Part shown: piece by piece, positions 18,852-30,588 of the stretch
Position numbering within the stretch: position 1 is the stretch's first letter
Layout: every line of letters starts with the position of its first letter
Source of the DNA: an uncultured Gemmatimonadales bacterium
Lineage (GTDB): Bacteria > Gemmatimonadota > Gemmatimonadetes > Gemmatimonadales > Gemmatimonadaceae
Direction: 5' to 3'
Length of the DNA: 64,000 nt
NCBI GenBank assembly: GCA_963701965.1
Contig: OY969695.1
Coordinates: 4,128,001-4,192,000, forward strand
Notes under the pieces: generated by a model
Told to the model about the DNA's origin: nothing
What the model saw: the letters and a program-made list of their open reading frames with translations, nothing else
Databases searched by the model: none
Position numbers and translations under genes: made by a program

Positions 18852-19684
18852 CGCCCATCCTGCCGACCGCCATCCTGCTCGCGTTCGTGTTCTGCACGGG
18901 CGCGACGGTCGGGTCGTTTCTCAACGTGTGCATCGCCCGCTGGCCGGTCAATCTCTCGGTCGTGCGCCCGCGGTCGCGTTGTCCGCGGTGCGAGCGACCG
19001 ATCGCCTGGTACGAGAATGTCCCGATTCTGAGCTGGATCGCCCTGCGCGGAAAGTGCCGGGGCTGCCAGTTGCGGATTTCCTGGCAGTACCCCGCGGTGG
19101 AGCTCGGCGTGGCGCTGGGTTGGGTCGTCGCCTTCACGGCGTTCCCGAACGACTGGTTCCTCGCCCTTCGCCTGGCGGTGTTCGGGACGGTGCTCGCGGG
19201 CATCGCCGTCACCGACCTCTTGCACTATCTCATTCCCGACGGCTTCACGGTCTTCGGACTGATCTGGGTCTTCGTGACCTCGCTGGCGGCGACGACGCTG
19301 GCCGACCCGGCAATGTTCGCCGCCCCGTACAATGCGCTCATGGGCGCCTGCGTCGGCGCCGGCGCCATCTCGATCATCGGGTGGTTGGGCGAGGTGGCGC
19401 TTTCCAAGGAGGCGATGGGGTTCGGCGACGTCACGCTCATGGCGGTCGTGGGTGCCGCGCTCGGGCCGGCGCGGGCGTTGCTCACGATCTTTGTGGGAGC
19501 GGCCGTCGGTGCGGTTGTTTTCCTCGCGCTCGTGGCCCCGATCATGTGGGTGCGGCGGCGCGGAACGCCGGGCGAGCTGCCAATGGTGCCCTTTGGTGTT
19601 TTCCTTGCGCCCGCCGCGCTCGTCACGTTGCTTAAGGGTGATGCGGCGATTGCGTGGTATTTGGCTCATCTGGGACTTCGGTAA
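18848..19684 (+). CDS. pilD: Type IV prepilin peptidase (A24)
   Basis: GSFLNVCIARWP, CPRC...CRGC Zn cluster, IAVTD and MGFGDV catalytic Asp motifs, PFGVFL. Confidence 0.93.
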   Translation: MTPILPTAILLAFVFCTGATVGSFLNVCIARWPVNLSVVRPRSRCPRCERPIAWYENVPILSWIALRGKCRGCQLRISWQYPAVELGVALGWVVAFTAFPNDWFLALRLAVFGTVLAGIAVTDLLHYLIPDGFTVFGLIWVFVTSLAATTLADPAMFAAPYNALMGACVGAGAISIIGWLGEVALSKEAMGFGDVTLMAVVGAALGPARALLTIFVGAAVGAVVFLALVAPIMWVRRRGTPGELPMVPFGVFLAPAALVTLLKGDAAIAWYLAHLGLR

Positions 19685-20837
19685 TGCTGCGGCCGGGTGA
19701 TTCCATCCTCGGCCGCTTCACGCGTGATCTGACCGCGGAAGCGCGCGCCGGGCGTCTCGAGACCATCCGCTGCCGCGACGTGGAAACGGCGCGGCTCATC
19801 GACATCCTGCTGCGATACGGCAAGAACAACGCGGCGCTGGTCGGGCCGGCCGGCGTGGGGAAGACCGCGATCGTCGAAGGCTTGGCGCAGCGCATCGCCG
19901 CGCGCAATGTGCCGATCTCGCTGGCCGACAGCCGGGTCCTGGCGCTCGATCACGTCGCGCTGTTGGGCGGTACCATGTATCGCGGGCAGTACGAGGAACG
20001 CGTGAACGGATTGATCGAAGGCGTCACGACCGCCGGCGACGTCATCCTGTTCGTCGATGAGCTGCACAATCTCATCGGGCAGGGCACGGCCATGGGCGCC
20101 GCGATGGATGCCGGCAACATGCTCAAACCGGCGTTGGTGCGCGGCGACTTTCGGGTGATCGGCGCCACCACCAGTAGCGAATACACCCAATGGGTGTGCG
20201 GCGATTCGGCGCTGGAACGGCGGTTTCAGAAAATCGACGTGCGCGAGTTGACGGCCGAAGAGACCCTCGACGTCTTGAAGTCGCGCGTCGAACGATTGGA
20301 ACGACACCACAACGTCGTCATCGCCGATGATGCCGTCGATGCCGCCTTGCAGCTGACCGATACCTACGTCACGGATCGCATGCGGCCAGACCGGGCCCTC
20401 GATGCGCTCGATGAAGCGTGTGCCCACACGCACGGATTGGCCCGGTACTCGGAGAGCACCCTGCTGTTGATCGCTCGAAGGCGGGAGGCGCTGCGCGCCC
20501 CCGCCGCCGATCGCGTCCGCGCTCCCACCGACGGTTCGCGCGGGCCGCTCGATCGAAGCGAAGGGCTCGACATTATAGAACGTTTGGGTGCCGAGATCGA
20601 AGCGATGTTTGGCGGGGCGGTCGATTCAGTCATGGCCACCAACACTCGTCCCCAGGCGACACCGGCGCCGGGCGCGGGGAGCGCCGCAGGCGCGCCCGCG
20701 CCCGTTCCGGTCATGTCCGTGGCCGCACTGGACGCCGAGCTGAGACGGTGTCTGGCCGCAGAAGGGATCGTCGTGCGCGGCGTGGACGTCGCCCGCGCGG
20801 TGGCGGTGGCCACCGGCAAGCAGGTCGTGTGGCGCAC

Positions 20838-20841
<4 letters not shown>
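19684..20841 (+). CDS. ClpA/B/C-like ATPase containing only the first AAA+ module
   Basis: Walker A GPAGVGKT, pore loop GTMYRGQYEER, Walker B FVDELH, IGATT, ALERRFQ, PDRALDALDEA; no N-domain, no NBD2. Confidence 0.85.
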
Positions 20842-22100
<1,259 letters not shown>

Positions 22101-22103
22101 CGC

Positions 22104-22460
22104 GTGCTGATCACGGTCCTGGCGATTCTCGTGGGCGCCGTGGCCGTCGGCTTCTCCCGCGTTGGCGCGACGATCCGCACGGCGGCCCTGACGGCCGCGG
22201 CGCTCGTCGTGTTGCACATGCTGTCGGGGTTTTTCGTGGGCGCCTATCAGGGACCGGGCGTGGGCTTCGCGGCCGCCAAATGGCTCGGGCTGGGCGGCGC
22301 GATGATCGGCCCGGCGATGATCTTGAGCGGCGTCGCCGTCGGCGCCGTGCGGGCGCTCGCGGCGGACCGGCGCATCCTGCTCGTCCCGGCGGCCCTCATT
22401 GCGTCGGCGCTGGTCATCGTGGCGGCCAGCATCCTCGCGGCCAATCTGATTTTCGGTTGA
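22104..22460 (+). CDS. Small integral membrane protein
   Basis: 118 aa, about four hydrophobic segments, 3 nt after upstream stop. Confidence 0.65.
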   Translation: MLITVLAILVGAVAVGFSRVGATIRTAALTAAALVVLHMLSGFFVGAYQGPGVGFAAAKWLGLGGAMIGPAMILSGVAVGAVRALAADRRILLVPAALIASALVIVAASILAANLIFG

Positions 22461-22467
22461 CGATGCG

Positions 22468-24033
22468 CTAGAGGCCGGCCAGTCCCAGGATATGGGTCAG
22501 GCCAAAGAGGACGATGGCGATCAGTCCGCCGAGGACATAGCCGGTGCGCACGATGAGCCGGAGCTCGCGTTGAATGACGCCCCGAATGAGCTGCTCCAGC
22601 CGATCTTGATCGAACAACAGGACCTTTCGCTCCACCATCTCCTGCACGTGCAGGCGCTCGACGATGGCGGGAATCTGGGCCTCGATCCAACTCCAAATGC
22701 CCGGGGACATCACCCGCGCCAGCCGCGGCGCGGCATCCGCCGGGAGCCAGCGGCCCAGACGTCCGAGGGGCCGGTCCAGCAAGCGCGTGGCGGTCGCGTG
22801 CGCCGTGTCCTGCAGGATCTCGCGCGCCCGCGGCGATGCCGCGGCGCTGACCACCCATTCCACGATCGCGTCGTTGGGAATCGGGGCGATGAGCTCGCCC
22901 CACGTGCGATCCTGGGCCCGCTCCAGGAGACGGGACACGGCTTCGACGAGAAATCGCCGCGTACCCTCGGCGCGCAACAGGCGCAGGAGATAGTCGCCGG
23001 CGGTGCGCTCCAGCGCCACGGCCCGCTCCGATCCGGCGCCGCCCACGATGGCCGCCGCCGGCTGCTGCAGAAACGTCGAGATGGCGCTGTGCACCGACCG
23101 CGAGATCTCGTCGCGCACCGTCGGGTCGTCGAGCAGCGTCGCCAATTCCTCCTCGCCATCCCGCTCCAACGCGTCGATCACTTTGTCGAACGTGCGCTCG
23201 GTGACGATGAGTCGGGCGATGACCCGTTCGTAGAACTGGAGGTCGGCGACGAACCGTTGGAAGAGATCGTGCAACGCCGCGCGGATGCGCTCCCGGGCCG
23301 CGGGATGCTGCAGCATCGTGCCGACGCCGGAGACGGCGAGAGGCAGGTAGGCGGCGACGGCCCCCTCCACCGCGCGGGCCACGGCCGGCGGCACGCGGTC
23401 GAGCACGGGTGCGTCGGAATCGAGCAGCGTGCCGATCTGCGCCCCCAGCTGCTCGCGCACGATCCGCTCCAACTCGGGCGACGCGGCGAAGTCCTCGGCC
23501 CAGCTGGCGGTCCGCTCGCCGAGCTCGCGCCGCCGTTCGTCGGTCAGGACCGCGCTCACCGGCTGGGCGGCCAACTCGGTGCGGGCGCGGGCGATCACGC
23601 GGCGGATCTGCTCAGCGAACTCGGGCGTCGCCGTGTGCGCCGCGATGCGCTCGGCGATCCCGCGCGCCGCGTCGCCCAGTGCCAGCTCGATCTCCGGGAG
23701 CGCCGCCTCCGAGACCAGGGATCGTAACGGCCCCCGTTCCGTCTCCAGCAGGTCGCCGAGCAGCGCCGCGAGTCGCTCGTCGAGCGCATCCTTGAGGCCG
23801 GAGCGCTTGATCTCTTCCAGCAGGTCGTGCGGCGTCAGCAATCGCTCGCCGACGGTCTTGCCGATGCTCTTGGCGAGCCGCTCCTGATTCTTGGGAATCG
23901 CTCCCTGAAACCCCAGGATGCGCCGGCGCGGCCGGAACAACATCCACACCGCGACCGTGTCCGAGAAACCGCCCGCGATGGTGCCGATCGCCACCTGGAT
24001 GCCGAACTGCAGCCAGGTGCTTGGCAGCGGCAC
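22468..24033 (-). CDS. DUF445-family membrane-anchored protein
   Basis: N-terminal GGFSDTVAVWMLFRP...QGAIPKNQERLAKSIG and C-terminal ELRLIVRTGYVLGGLI. Confidence 0.85.
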   Translation of the reverse strand: MPLPSTWLQFGIQVAIGTIAGGFSDTVAVWMLFRPRRRILGFQGAIPKNQERLAKSIGKTVGERLLTPHDLLEEIKRSGLKDALDERLAALLGDLLETERGPLRSLVSEAALPEIELALGDAARGIAERIAAHTATPEFAEQIRRVIARARTELAAQPVSAVLTDERRRELGERTASWAEDFAASPELERIVREQLGAQIGTLLDSDAPVLDRVPPAVARAVEGAVAAYLPLAVSGVGTMLQHPAARERIRAALHDLFQRFVADLQFYERVIARLIVTERTFDKVIDALERDGEEELATLLDDPTVRDEISRSVHSAISTFLQQPAAAIVGGAGSERAVALERTAGDYLLRLLRAEGTRRFLVEAVSRLLERAQDRTWGELIAPIPNDAIVEWVVSAAASPRAREILQDTAHATATRLLDRPLGRLGRWLPADAAPRLARVMSPGIWSWIEAQIPAIVERLHVQEMVERKVLLFDQDRLEQLIRGVIQRELRLIVRTGYVLGGLIAIVLFGLTHILGLAGL

Positions 24034-26525
24034 TATTGAATACGGTCGGCGTGCACCGTCGGCGATGAGGGCGGCGTCGGCGACTTGACGCGCGCGCCGG
24101 CGTGCGCGCCATCCTCGACCGTCGGTTCCGCCGGACGCTGGTCGGCGAGCACGGCGCTCGGCGCGGGTAATAGCGCCAGCCGCAACACCTCGTCCATGCT
24201 GGCGACGAACGTGAACATCATGTTCGCGCGCACTTCCGTCGGCACATCCCGCAGATCTTTTTCGTTGCCCTTGGGCAACATGACTTCCCGCAAGCCCGCG
24301 CGATACGCGGCCAGGACCTTCTCTTTCACGCCCCCGATCTCCAGGGCCTTGCCCCGCAGGGTGACTTCACCCGTCATGGCCACGTCCCGCCGCACGGCGC
24401 GCCGCGAGAGCGCGCTGGCGATGGCCAGCGTGACCGCGAGCCCGGCGCTGGGGCCGTCTTTGGGGATGGCGCCGGCAGGGAAGTGGATATGCAGGTCGCT
24501 CTCCTTGAACTCTTTGTCCTCGACCCCGATCGCCGCCGCCCGCGACCGCACGTACGAGTACGCGGCATCGACGGACTCGCGCATCACGTCGCCGAGCTGT
24601 CCGGTGACCGTGAGCCGTCCGGTGCCCGGCATGCGGAGCGCTTCGATCAGCATGAGATCGCCGCCGGTCGATGTCCAGGCCAGGCCGGTCACGGCGCCGA
24701 CTTCCGGCTCCTTTTCGGCTTCCTCCGCCGCGTAGCGCGGCACGCCCAGGATCTCCTCGACTTTCGCGGCATCGATCACCCAGGCGCCTTCCTCGCCCTC
24801 GGCCTTGCGACGCGCCCGCCGCCGGAGGACCGCCGCGATGTTGCGCTCGAAGTTGCGGAGCCCGGCTTCGCGCGAGTAGCGGCTGGACACGAACCCCAGC
24901 ACTTCGTCCGTGAACACGACGTCCTGCGCCGTCACGCCGTGTTCTTCGAGCAATCGCGGGATCATGTACCGCCACGCGATCTCGACCTTCTCCTCCACGG
25001 TGTAGCCCGCGATGCGAATGATTTCCATGCGGTCGCGCAGCGGCGCCGGGATGTCGAACAGGTTGTTGGCGGTGCAGATGAAGAGGCAGGACGAGAGATC
25101 GAACGGCAGATTCAGATAGTGGTCGACGAACCCGTTGTTTTGGGTCGGATCGAGCACTTCCAACATCGCCGCCGTCGGATCCCCCGAGGGGCCGCCCGAC
25201 GTCATCTTGTCGATCTCGTCGATCATGAGCACCGGGTCGCGCACGGCCACGCGGCGGAGCGCCTGCAGCAAGAGCCCGGGCATCGATCCCACGTAGGTGC
25301 GGCGATGTCCGCGAATCTCGGCCTCGTCGCGCACGCCGCCCACGGAGATGCGGTAGAACTCGCGTCCGATCGCGCTGGCGATGGCCTCTCCCAGCGACGT
25401 CTTGCCCGTGCCGGGCGGGCCCACGAAGCACAGGATCGGACCATGCGGATCGCCGCCGCGCAGCTTGCGGACGGCCAGGTACTCGATGATCCGCTCTTTC
25501 GCTTCGTTGAGGCCGTAGTGCCGGCCATCGAGCGCGGCCTCGACCTTGGTCAGCGCGATCTCCTCGTCGCCCGATCGCTTGTGCCACGGAAGGGCGAGGA
25601 TCCAATCGAGGTACGTCCGAATGACCTGATACTCGCTGGACGCCGGCGACAGCATCCGCATCCGTTCCGTCTCGCGCCGCGCCTCCTGCCCAACTTTCTC
25701 CGGCAGCTGCGCCTCGTCGATCCGGCGCAGCATCTCGACCGTGTCCTTCTCGGCCGGATCTGCTTCGCCCAGCTCGGCCTGGATGGCGCGCAACTGCTGC
25801 CGGAGATAGAACTCGCGCTGGTGCTGCTCGATCTTGATCTCGGTCTGGCGTTTGACGTCCTCCATCACCCGGGCGCGCGCCACTTCGCGTTCCAAGCGGG
25901 TGAGGATAAAGCGCAGCCGCTGGCCGACATCGAGACGCTGCAGCACCTCGTCCTTGTCGGAGATCCGGAAATTCATGTTCGTCGACGCCAGGTCGGCGAA
26001 CCGCCCCGGATCGGAGACGTTCATCTTGAGGATCGCCGGGACTTCATCGGGGATACGGTCGACGAGATCGGCCAACGTCTCGGCGGCCGACACGATGCGC
26101 GTCACCAGGTCGTCCAGCTCCTTGGCCTCGGCGGGCGTTTCCCGCGCCGGCTTGATCCCTGCGACGACGAACGGCTCCAGCTGGTTGATCTCTTCGATGA
26201 CGATCCGGCGGAGTCCCTGCAGCGTGATCTGGACGGTATCACCCGGCAGGTTGATCCGCTCGTGCACGCGCGCCGCCACCCCGACCCGGCCGATGAACTG
26301 CTGGGAGTCGATCGGCTCGTCGTGCTCGCCGCTGGCCACCACGAGGGCGACGATCAGGCCCGGTTCTTCGTTGGCCCGGAGGAGCGCCAGGTTTTCCGGT
26401 GCGCCCATCTGGACGGCGATGGTCCCCAACGGATAGACGATCGTCGACCGGAGGGCCATCAGGGGCAAGGTCGGCGGGAGCTCCGACTTGAGGATCTCTT
26501 CTTTGCGCTGCGCTCTAGCCATCAT
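24033..26525 (-). CDS. lon: ATP-dependent Lon protease
   Basis: GPPGTGKTS, RGHRRTYVG, IDEIDK, PKDGPSAG catalytic Ser, IGGVKEK. Confidence 0.97.
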   Translation of the reverse strand: MMARAQRKEEILKSELPPTLPLMALRSTIVYPLGTIAVQMGAPENLALLRANEEPGLIVALVVASGEHDEPIDSQQFIGRVGVAARVHERINLPGDTVQITLQGLRRIVIEEINQLEPFVVAGIKPARETPAEAKELDDLVTRIVSAAETLADLVDRIPDEVPAILKMNVSDPGRFADLASTNMNFRISDKDEVLQRLDVGQRLRFILTRLEREVARARVMEDVKRQTEIKIEQHQREFYLRQQLRAIQAELGEADPAEKDTVEMLRRIDEAQLPEKVGQEARRETERMRMLSPASSEYQVIRTYLDWILALPWHKRSGDEEIALTKVEAALDGRHYGLNEAKERIIEYLAVRKLRGGDPHGPILCFVGPPGTGKTSLGEAIASAIGREFYRISVGGVRDEAEIRGHRRTYVGSMPGLLLQALRRVAVRDPVLMIDEIDKMTSGGPSGDPTAAMLEVLDPTQNNGFVDHYLNLPFDLSSCLFICTANNLFDIPAPLRDRMEIIRIAGYTVEEKVEIAWRYMIPRLLEEHGVTAQDVVFTDEVLGFVSSRYSREAGLRNFERNIAAVLRRRARRKAEGEEGAWVIDAAKVEEILGVPRYAAEEAEKEPEVGAVTGLAWTSTGGDLMLIEALRMPGTGRLTVTGQLGDVMRESVDAAYSYVRSRAAAIGVEDKEFKESDLHIHFPAGAIPKDGPSAGLAVTLAIASALSRRAVRRDVAMTGEVTLRGKALEIGGVKEKVLAAYRAGLREVMLPKGNEKDLRDVPTEVRANMMFTFVASMDEVLRLALLPAPSAVLADQRPAEPTVEDGAHAGARVKSPTPPSSPTVHADRIQ

Positions 26526-26555
26526 TGTCTCAAATTCTAATGGCGCTTACGTTTA

Positions 26556-27893
26556 ATGGCTATGTTCGATGAGCTGAGCGAAAAGCTCGAGGCCACGTTT
26601 GCCCGCCTGCGCGGGCGCGGCGTCCTCACGGAAGCCGACATCAAAGACGGGCTGCGCGAAGTGCGGCGCATCCTGCTCGAGGCCGACGTCAACTTCCAGC
26701 TCACGCGCGAGTTCCTGGAGCGGGTGGAGAAGAAGGCGGTGGGCCTCTCGGCCCTCAAGACAGTCTCTCCCGCGCAGCAGCTCGTCAAGATCGTTCATGA
26801 CGAATTGACGGCCATGCTGGGTGAGCGACGGGAAGGCCTGCGACTCTCTTCCGTCCCTCCCACGATCGTCTTGATGGTCGGCCTGCAAGGATCGGGCAAG
26901 ACGACGACGGCGGCAAAGCTCGCCCGCAAGCTCAAGGCGGAGGGACGGACCGCCCGCCTGGTCGCCGCCGACGTGTATCGGCCGGCCGCCATTGATCAGC
27001 TGGAGACCCTGGGCAAGCAGCTCGATGTGCCCGTCCACGCGGATCGGACGACGCAGGACGTCGTGCGGATCGCCAAGCACGGCATCGAGGAGGCCAAGCG
27101 CGCCCGCGACAAGGTCGTGATCGTCGATACGGCCGGCCGGCTCCAGATCGATGAGGACATGATGCGGGAGCTGGAGCGCCTCAAGGAGGCCGTGCGCCCG
27201 GACGAGATCCTGCTCGTGGCCGACGGCATGACCGGCCAGGACGCGGTGCGCATCGCGCAGGGCTTCGACACGGCGCTCGGTGTGACCGGGATCGTGCTGA
27301 CCAAGATGGACGGCGACGCGCGCGGTGGCGCCGCGCTCTCGATCTACGGCATCACCAAGAAGCCGATCAAGTACATCGGCGTGGGCGAGAAGGTCAATGC
27401 GCTGGAGGATTTCTATCCCGACCGCATGGCCAGCCGCATCCTGCAGATGGGCGATGTGCTGACCTTGGTCGAGAAAGCGCAGGAAGCGTTCGACGAGGCC
27501 GAGGCGAAGAAGCTCGAGAAAAAGGTCCGAAAAGAAGGCATGGACCTGCAGGATTTCCTGACCGCCATGCGGCAGATTCAGAAACTCGGCCCCTTGGAAG
27601 GTGTGCTCAAGATGCTGCCCGGCGTGAACTCCAAAATGCTGCGCCAGGCCAACGTCGATCCGAAGCGGATGAAGCATCTCGAGGCGATCGTGCTCTCCAT
27701 GACGCCGGGCGAGCGCAAGGATCCGACGACGTTGAACGGTTCGCGCCGCGCCCGCGTCGCCAAGGGCGCCGGGCGGCCCATCGCCGAGGTCAATCGGCTG
27801 CTCGAGCAGTTCCGCGATATGCAGAAGATGATGAAGAAGGTCGGGAATATGGGTGGTGGGCGCATGCCCCCCGGTATGTTTGGCATGCGGTAG
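26556..27893 (+). CDS. ffh: Signal recognition particle protein Ffh
   Basis: GLQGSGKTT, DTAGR, TKMDG, Met-rich M domain; true start probably ATG 26562 (MFDEL). Confidence 0.97.
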   Translation: MAMFDELSEKLEATFARLRGRGVLTEADIKDGLREVRRILLEADVNFQLTREFLERVEKKAVGLSALKTVSPAQQLVKIVHDELTAMLGERREGLRLSSVPPTIVLMVGLQGSGKTTTAAKLARKLKAEGRTARLVAADVYRPAAIDQLETLGKQLDVPVHADRTTQDVVRIAKHGIEEAKRARDKVVIVDTAGRLQIDEDMMRELERLKEAVRPDEILLVADGMTGQDAVRIAQGFDTALGVTGIVLTKMDGDARGGAALSIYGITKKPIKYIGVGEKVNALEDFYPDRMASRILQMGDVLTLVEKAQEAFDEAEAKKLEKKVRKEGMDLQDFLTAMRQIQKLGPLEGVLKMLPGVNSKMLRQANVDPKRMKHLEAIVLSMTPGERKDPTTLNGSRRARVAKGAGRPIAEVNRLLEQFRDMQKMMKKVGNMGGGRMPPGMFGMR

Positions 27894-27978
27894 TCGTCGG
27901 TCCCTGGGTGCACCGCGGAAATGCCGCGGCTGCGAGGAGCCCGGGATGAACGGTTTTTCATGAACAGGAGCACTCGCA

Positions 27979-28290
27979 ATGGTTCGCATTCGTCTTCGCC
28001 GGATCGGGCGCAAGAACGCCCCGGTGTATCGTATCGTCGTCGCCGACTCGCAGAGCCCGCGCGACGGGCGGTTCATCGAGATCATCGGCCAGTATGCGCC
28101 GCGTCAGGAGAAGTCGCTGACCGTCAACGCCGAGCGGGCCAATCACTGGCTCGACGTCGGGGCGCAGCCCAGCGACACCGTGCGATCGCTCCTCCGCCGC
28201 GCCGGCGTGCTCAAGGCCCGGCACGAGGCACGGGTGGCGCAGTCCCGGCAAGCCGGGGCCGTCCCGCTCGCCGAGCGCGCCGAGGGGTAG
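27979..28290 (+). CDS. rpsP: 30S ribosomal protein S16
   Basis: [36 protein letters not shown]. Confidence 0.97.
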   Translation: MVRIRLRRIGRKNAPVYRIVVADSQSPRDGRFIEIIGQYAPRQEKSLTVNAERANHWLDVGAQPSDTVRSLLRRAGVLKARHEARVAQSRQAGAVPLAERAEG

Positions 28291-28291
28291 C

Positions 28292-28822
28292 GTGAGCGCG
28301 CCCGAGCAGGTCATCGTCGGGCGGATCCGCAAGGCGCACGGGGTTCGAGGCGAGGTTGTCGTCGAGTCTTTGACCGACGAACCGGAAGCCGTTTTCGCCA
28401 CGGGCCGGCGGTTGCTCGCCGGCACCGTGGACGGGGCGCTGGCGACCGACATTCCCGAGCTCACCATCCGCCGGTCCACCCCATTCAAGGGGGGGTGGAT
28501 CCTCCGGCTCACCGAGATCACGACGCGCACCCTAGCCGACCAGTGGCGCGGTCGATACGTTCTCGTTCCCGCGGCCGAGCTCAGTCCGCCGGCCGCGGAT
28601 CAAGTCTACTATCACGAGCTGGTCGGACTTCGCGTCCAGCTGCAGGGAGGCGAGCCGATCGGCCGCGTGGAAGCCCTGTTCGAGGTGCCCCAGGGACTCG
28701 TGCTCGATGTCCGTACGGAGCGTGGGACCGTCATGGTCCCGTACCGGCCGGAGGTCGTGTTGAGCGTGGACGTCGCGCAGGGAACGATCGTGATCGACCC
28801 GCCCTTGGGACTCTTGGATTGA
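28292..28822 (+). CDS. rimM: Ribosome maturation factor RimM
   Basis: VGRIRKAHGVRGEV, YYHELVGL, position in the rpsP-rimM-trmD-rplS operon. Confidence 0.93.
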   Translation: MSAPEQVIVGRIRKAHGVRGEVVVESLTDEPEAVFATGRRLLAGTVDGALATDIPELTIRRSTPFKGGWILRLTEITTRTLADQWRGRYVLVPAAELSPPAADQVYYHELVGLRVQLQGGEPIGRVEALFEVPQGLVLDVRTERGTVMVPYRPEVVLSVDVAQGTIVIDPPLGLLD

Positions 28823-28832
28823 TGGGACCCTG

Positions 28833-29507
28833 ATGCTCCGCATCAACATCGTGACGATCTTTCCCGAGTTCTTCGACATGCCGCTCGCGCTCAGCATTCC
28901 CTCGCGCGCGGCGGCGGCGGGCGCCGTCGAATACCAGGTCGTCGATCTCCGCAACTACACGCACGACCGGCACCGTTCGGTGGACGACTACCCCTACGGC
29001 GGAGGCGCGGGCATGGTCATGCGCCCCGATCCGTTCTTCGAGGTGGTCGAAGCGCTGTCCGCGCGCCCCCCGCTCGTCCTCCTGTCGGCGCGCGGCGCGC
29101 CGTTCACGCAGGCCGACGCGGCGCGCTACGCGCACGGCGAGGAGCTGACCCTGCTCTGCGGCCATTACAAGGACGTCGACCAGCGGGTGGCCGATCACCT
29201 GGCGACCGAGGAACGCTCCCTCGGCGAGTTCGTGCTCAGCGGCGGCGAGACGGCCGCGCTGGTGGTCATCGACGCTACCGTCCGCCTGTTGCCGGGCGCC
29301 ATGTCGGACCCCGAGAGTGCCCGCACGGATTCGTTTTTCAGTGGACCAATGCTGGGAGCGCCCAGCTACACCCGCCCTCCGGAATACCGGGGGTTTCGGG
29401 TCCCGGAGGTGCTCCTGTCCGGCGATCACCGGCGCATCGCCGAATGGCGTCGCGCCGAGAGCCTGCGGCTCACGCAGGCGCGATCTGGCGTAACTGACCG
29501 TGGGTAG
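28833..29507 (+). CDS. trmD: tRNA (guanine-N1)-methyltransferase
   Basis: [40 protein letters not shown]. Confidence 0.96.
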   Translation: MLRINIVTIFPEFFDMPLALSIPSRAAAAGAVEYQVVDLRNYTHDRHRSVDDYPYGGGAGMVMRPDPFFEVVEALSARPPLVLLSARGAPFTQADAARYAHGEELTLLCGHYKDVDQRVADHLATEERSLGEFVLSGGETAALVVIDATVRLLPGAMSDPESARTDSFFSGPMLGAPSYTRPPEYRGFRVPEVLLSGDHRRIAEWRRAESLRLTQARSGVTDRG

Positions 29508-29523
29508 TTACGTTACGGGTCTT

Positions 29524-29901
29524 ATGCACGAATTCAGCGAGACAGAAAAGGAATGGCTGCGGCAGGATATCCCTGCGTTTCGCGCCGGCGATACCCTGCG
29601 CGTCAATGTGCGCGTGCGTGAAGGGGACAAAGAGCGGCTGCAGGCGTTCGAGGGCGTGTGCATCGCGCGCCGCGGTGCGGGCGTGAGCGCGACGTTCACG
29701 GTGCGCAAGATCTCCAACGGCGTGGGCGTGGAGCGCATCTTTCCCCTCCACAGCCCCATAATCGCCGAGATTACGGTCGTGCGGCGCGGTCGCGTTCGGC
29801 GCGCCAAGCTGTACTACCTGCGGCACCTCACCGGAAAGGCCACGCGCATCCGCGAGAAGAAGGTGAAAGTCGCGGTGCCATCGACAACCACCGCCGAGTA
29901 G
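29524..29901 (+). CDS. rplS: 50S ribosomal protein L19
   Basis: [41 protein letters not shown]. Confidence 0.97.
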   Translation: MHEFSETEKEWLRQDIPAFRAGDTLRVNVRVREGDKERLQAFEGVCIARRGAGVSATFTVRKISNGVGVERIFPLHSPIIAEITVVRRGRVRRAKLYYLRHLTGKATRIREKKVKVAVPSTTTAE

Positions 29902-29908
29902 CTCGGCC

Positions 29909-30568
29909 GTGGGGCGGCGCTGGAGCCCCCTTGAACGAGAGCTGCGGCAGGAGTTCGGGCCGTGGCTCGCTGGAGTCGACGAAGTCGGACGGGGTCCGCT
30001 AGCGGGCCCCGTTGTCGCATGTGCCGCCGTCATGCCCGGCGATCGCCCGGTCATCCGGGGCGTCGATGACTCGAAGCAGCTCGATCGCGCCTCGCGCGAG
30101 AAGTTGGCCGGCCGCATCCGCGAGCAGGCGATCGCGGTAGGACTCGGCGCCGCCTCCGTCCGCGAGATCGAGCGCGTGAACATCTACCATGCGACTGTGT
30201 TGGCCATGCGCCGGGCGCTGACGCGCCTCGGCGCGAACGGTGTGCGACCGCACTTTGTCGTGATCGACGGCAAGCCGGTGCGTTCGCTCGGCATCGCGCA
30301 TCGGGCGGTGGTCGGTGGCGATGCGCGTTGCTACAGTGTCGCGTGCGCCTCCATCATCGCCAAGGTCACGCGGGACGGATTGATGCGCCGGCTGGCCGCG
30401 CGCTATCCGTGCTACGGCTGGGACCATAACGTGGGGTACGCGACGCGCATGCACTGGTCGAGCCTTCACGAGCACGGGATGTCGGTGCATCACCGGCGCA
30501 CCTTCTGTTGCGACGATCAGCTCGAGCTCATGCTCAATGACGTCGTCGCCGGGCAGGAGCTGTCCTGA
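29909..30568 (+). CDS. rnhB: Ribonuclease HII
   Basis: AGVDEVGRGPLAGPV, DDSKQL, ASIIAKVTRD. Confidence 0.95.
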   Translation: MGRRWSPLERELRQEFGPWLAGVDEVGRGPLAGPVVACAAVMPGDRPVIRGVDDSKQLDRASREKLAGRIREQAIAVGLGAASVREIERVNIYHATVLAMRRALTRLGANGVRPHFVVIDGKPVRSLGIAHRAVVGGDARCYSVACASIIAKVTRDGLMRRLAARYPCYGWDHNVGYATRMHWSSLHEHGMSVHHRRTFCCDDQLELMLNDVVAGQELS

Positions 30569-30588
30569 CTTCGGTTTTTCGTCCGGGA

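Noticed and set aside
27894..27978. SRP RNA (ffs) next to ffh
   Set aside because: Too short and lacks the conserved helix-8 GNRA/AGCAG signature; kept only as a generic stem-loop
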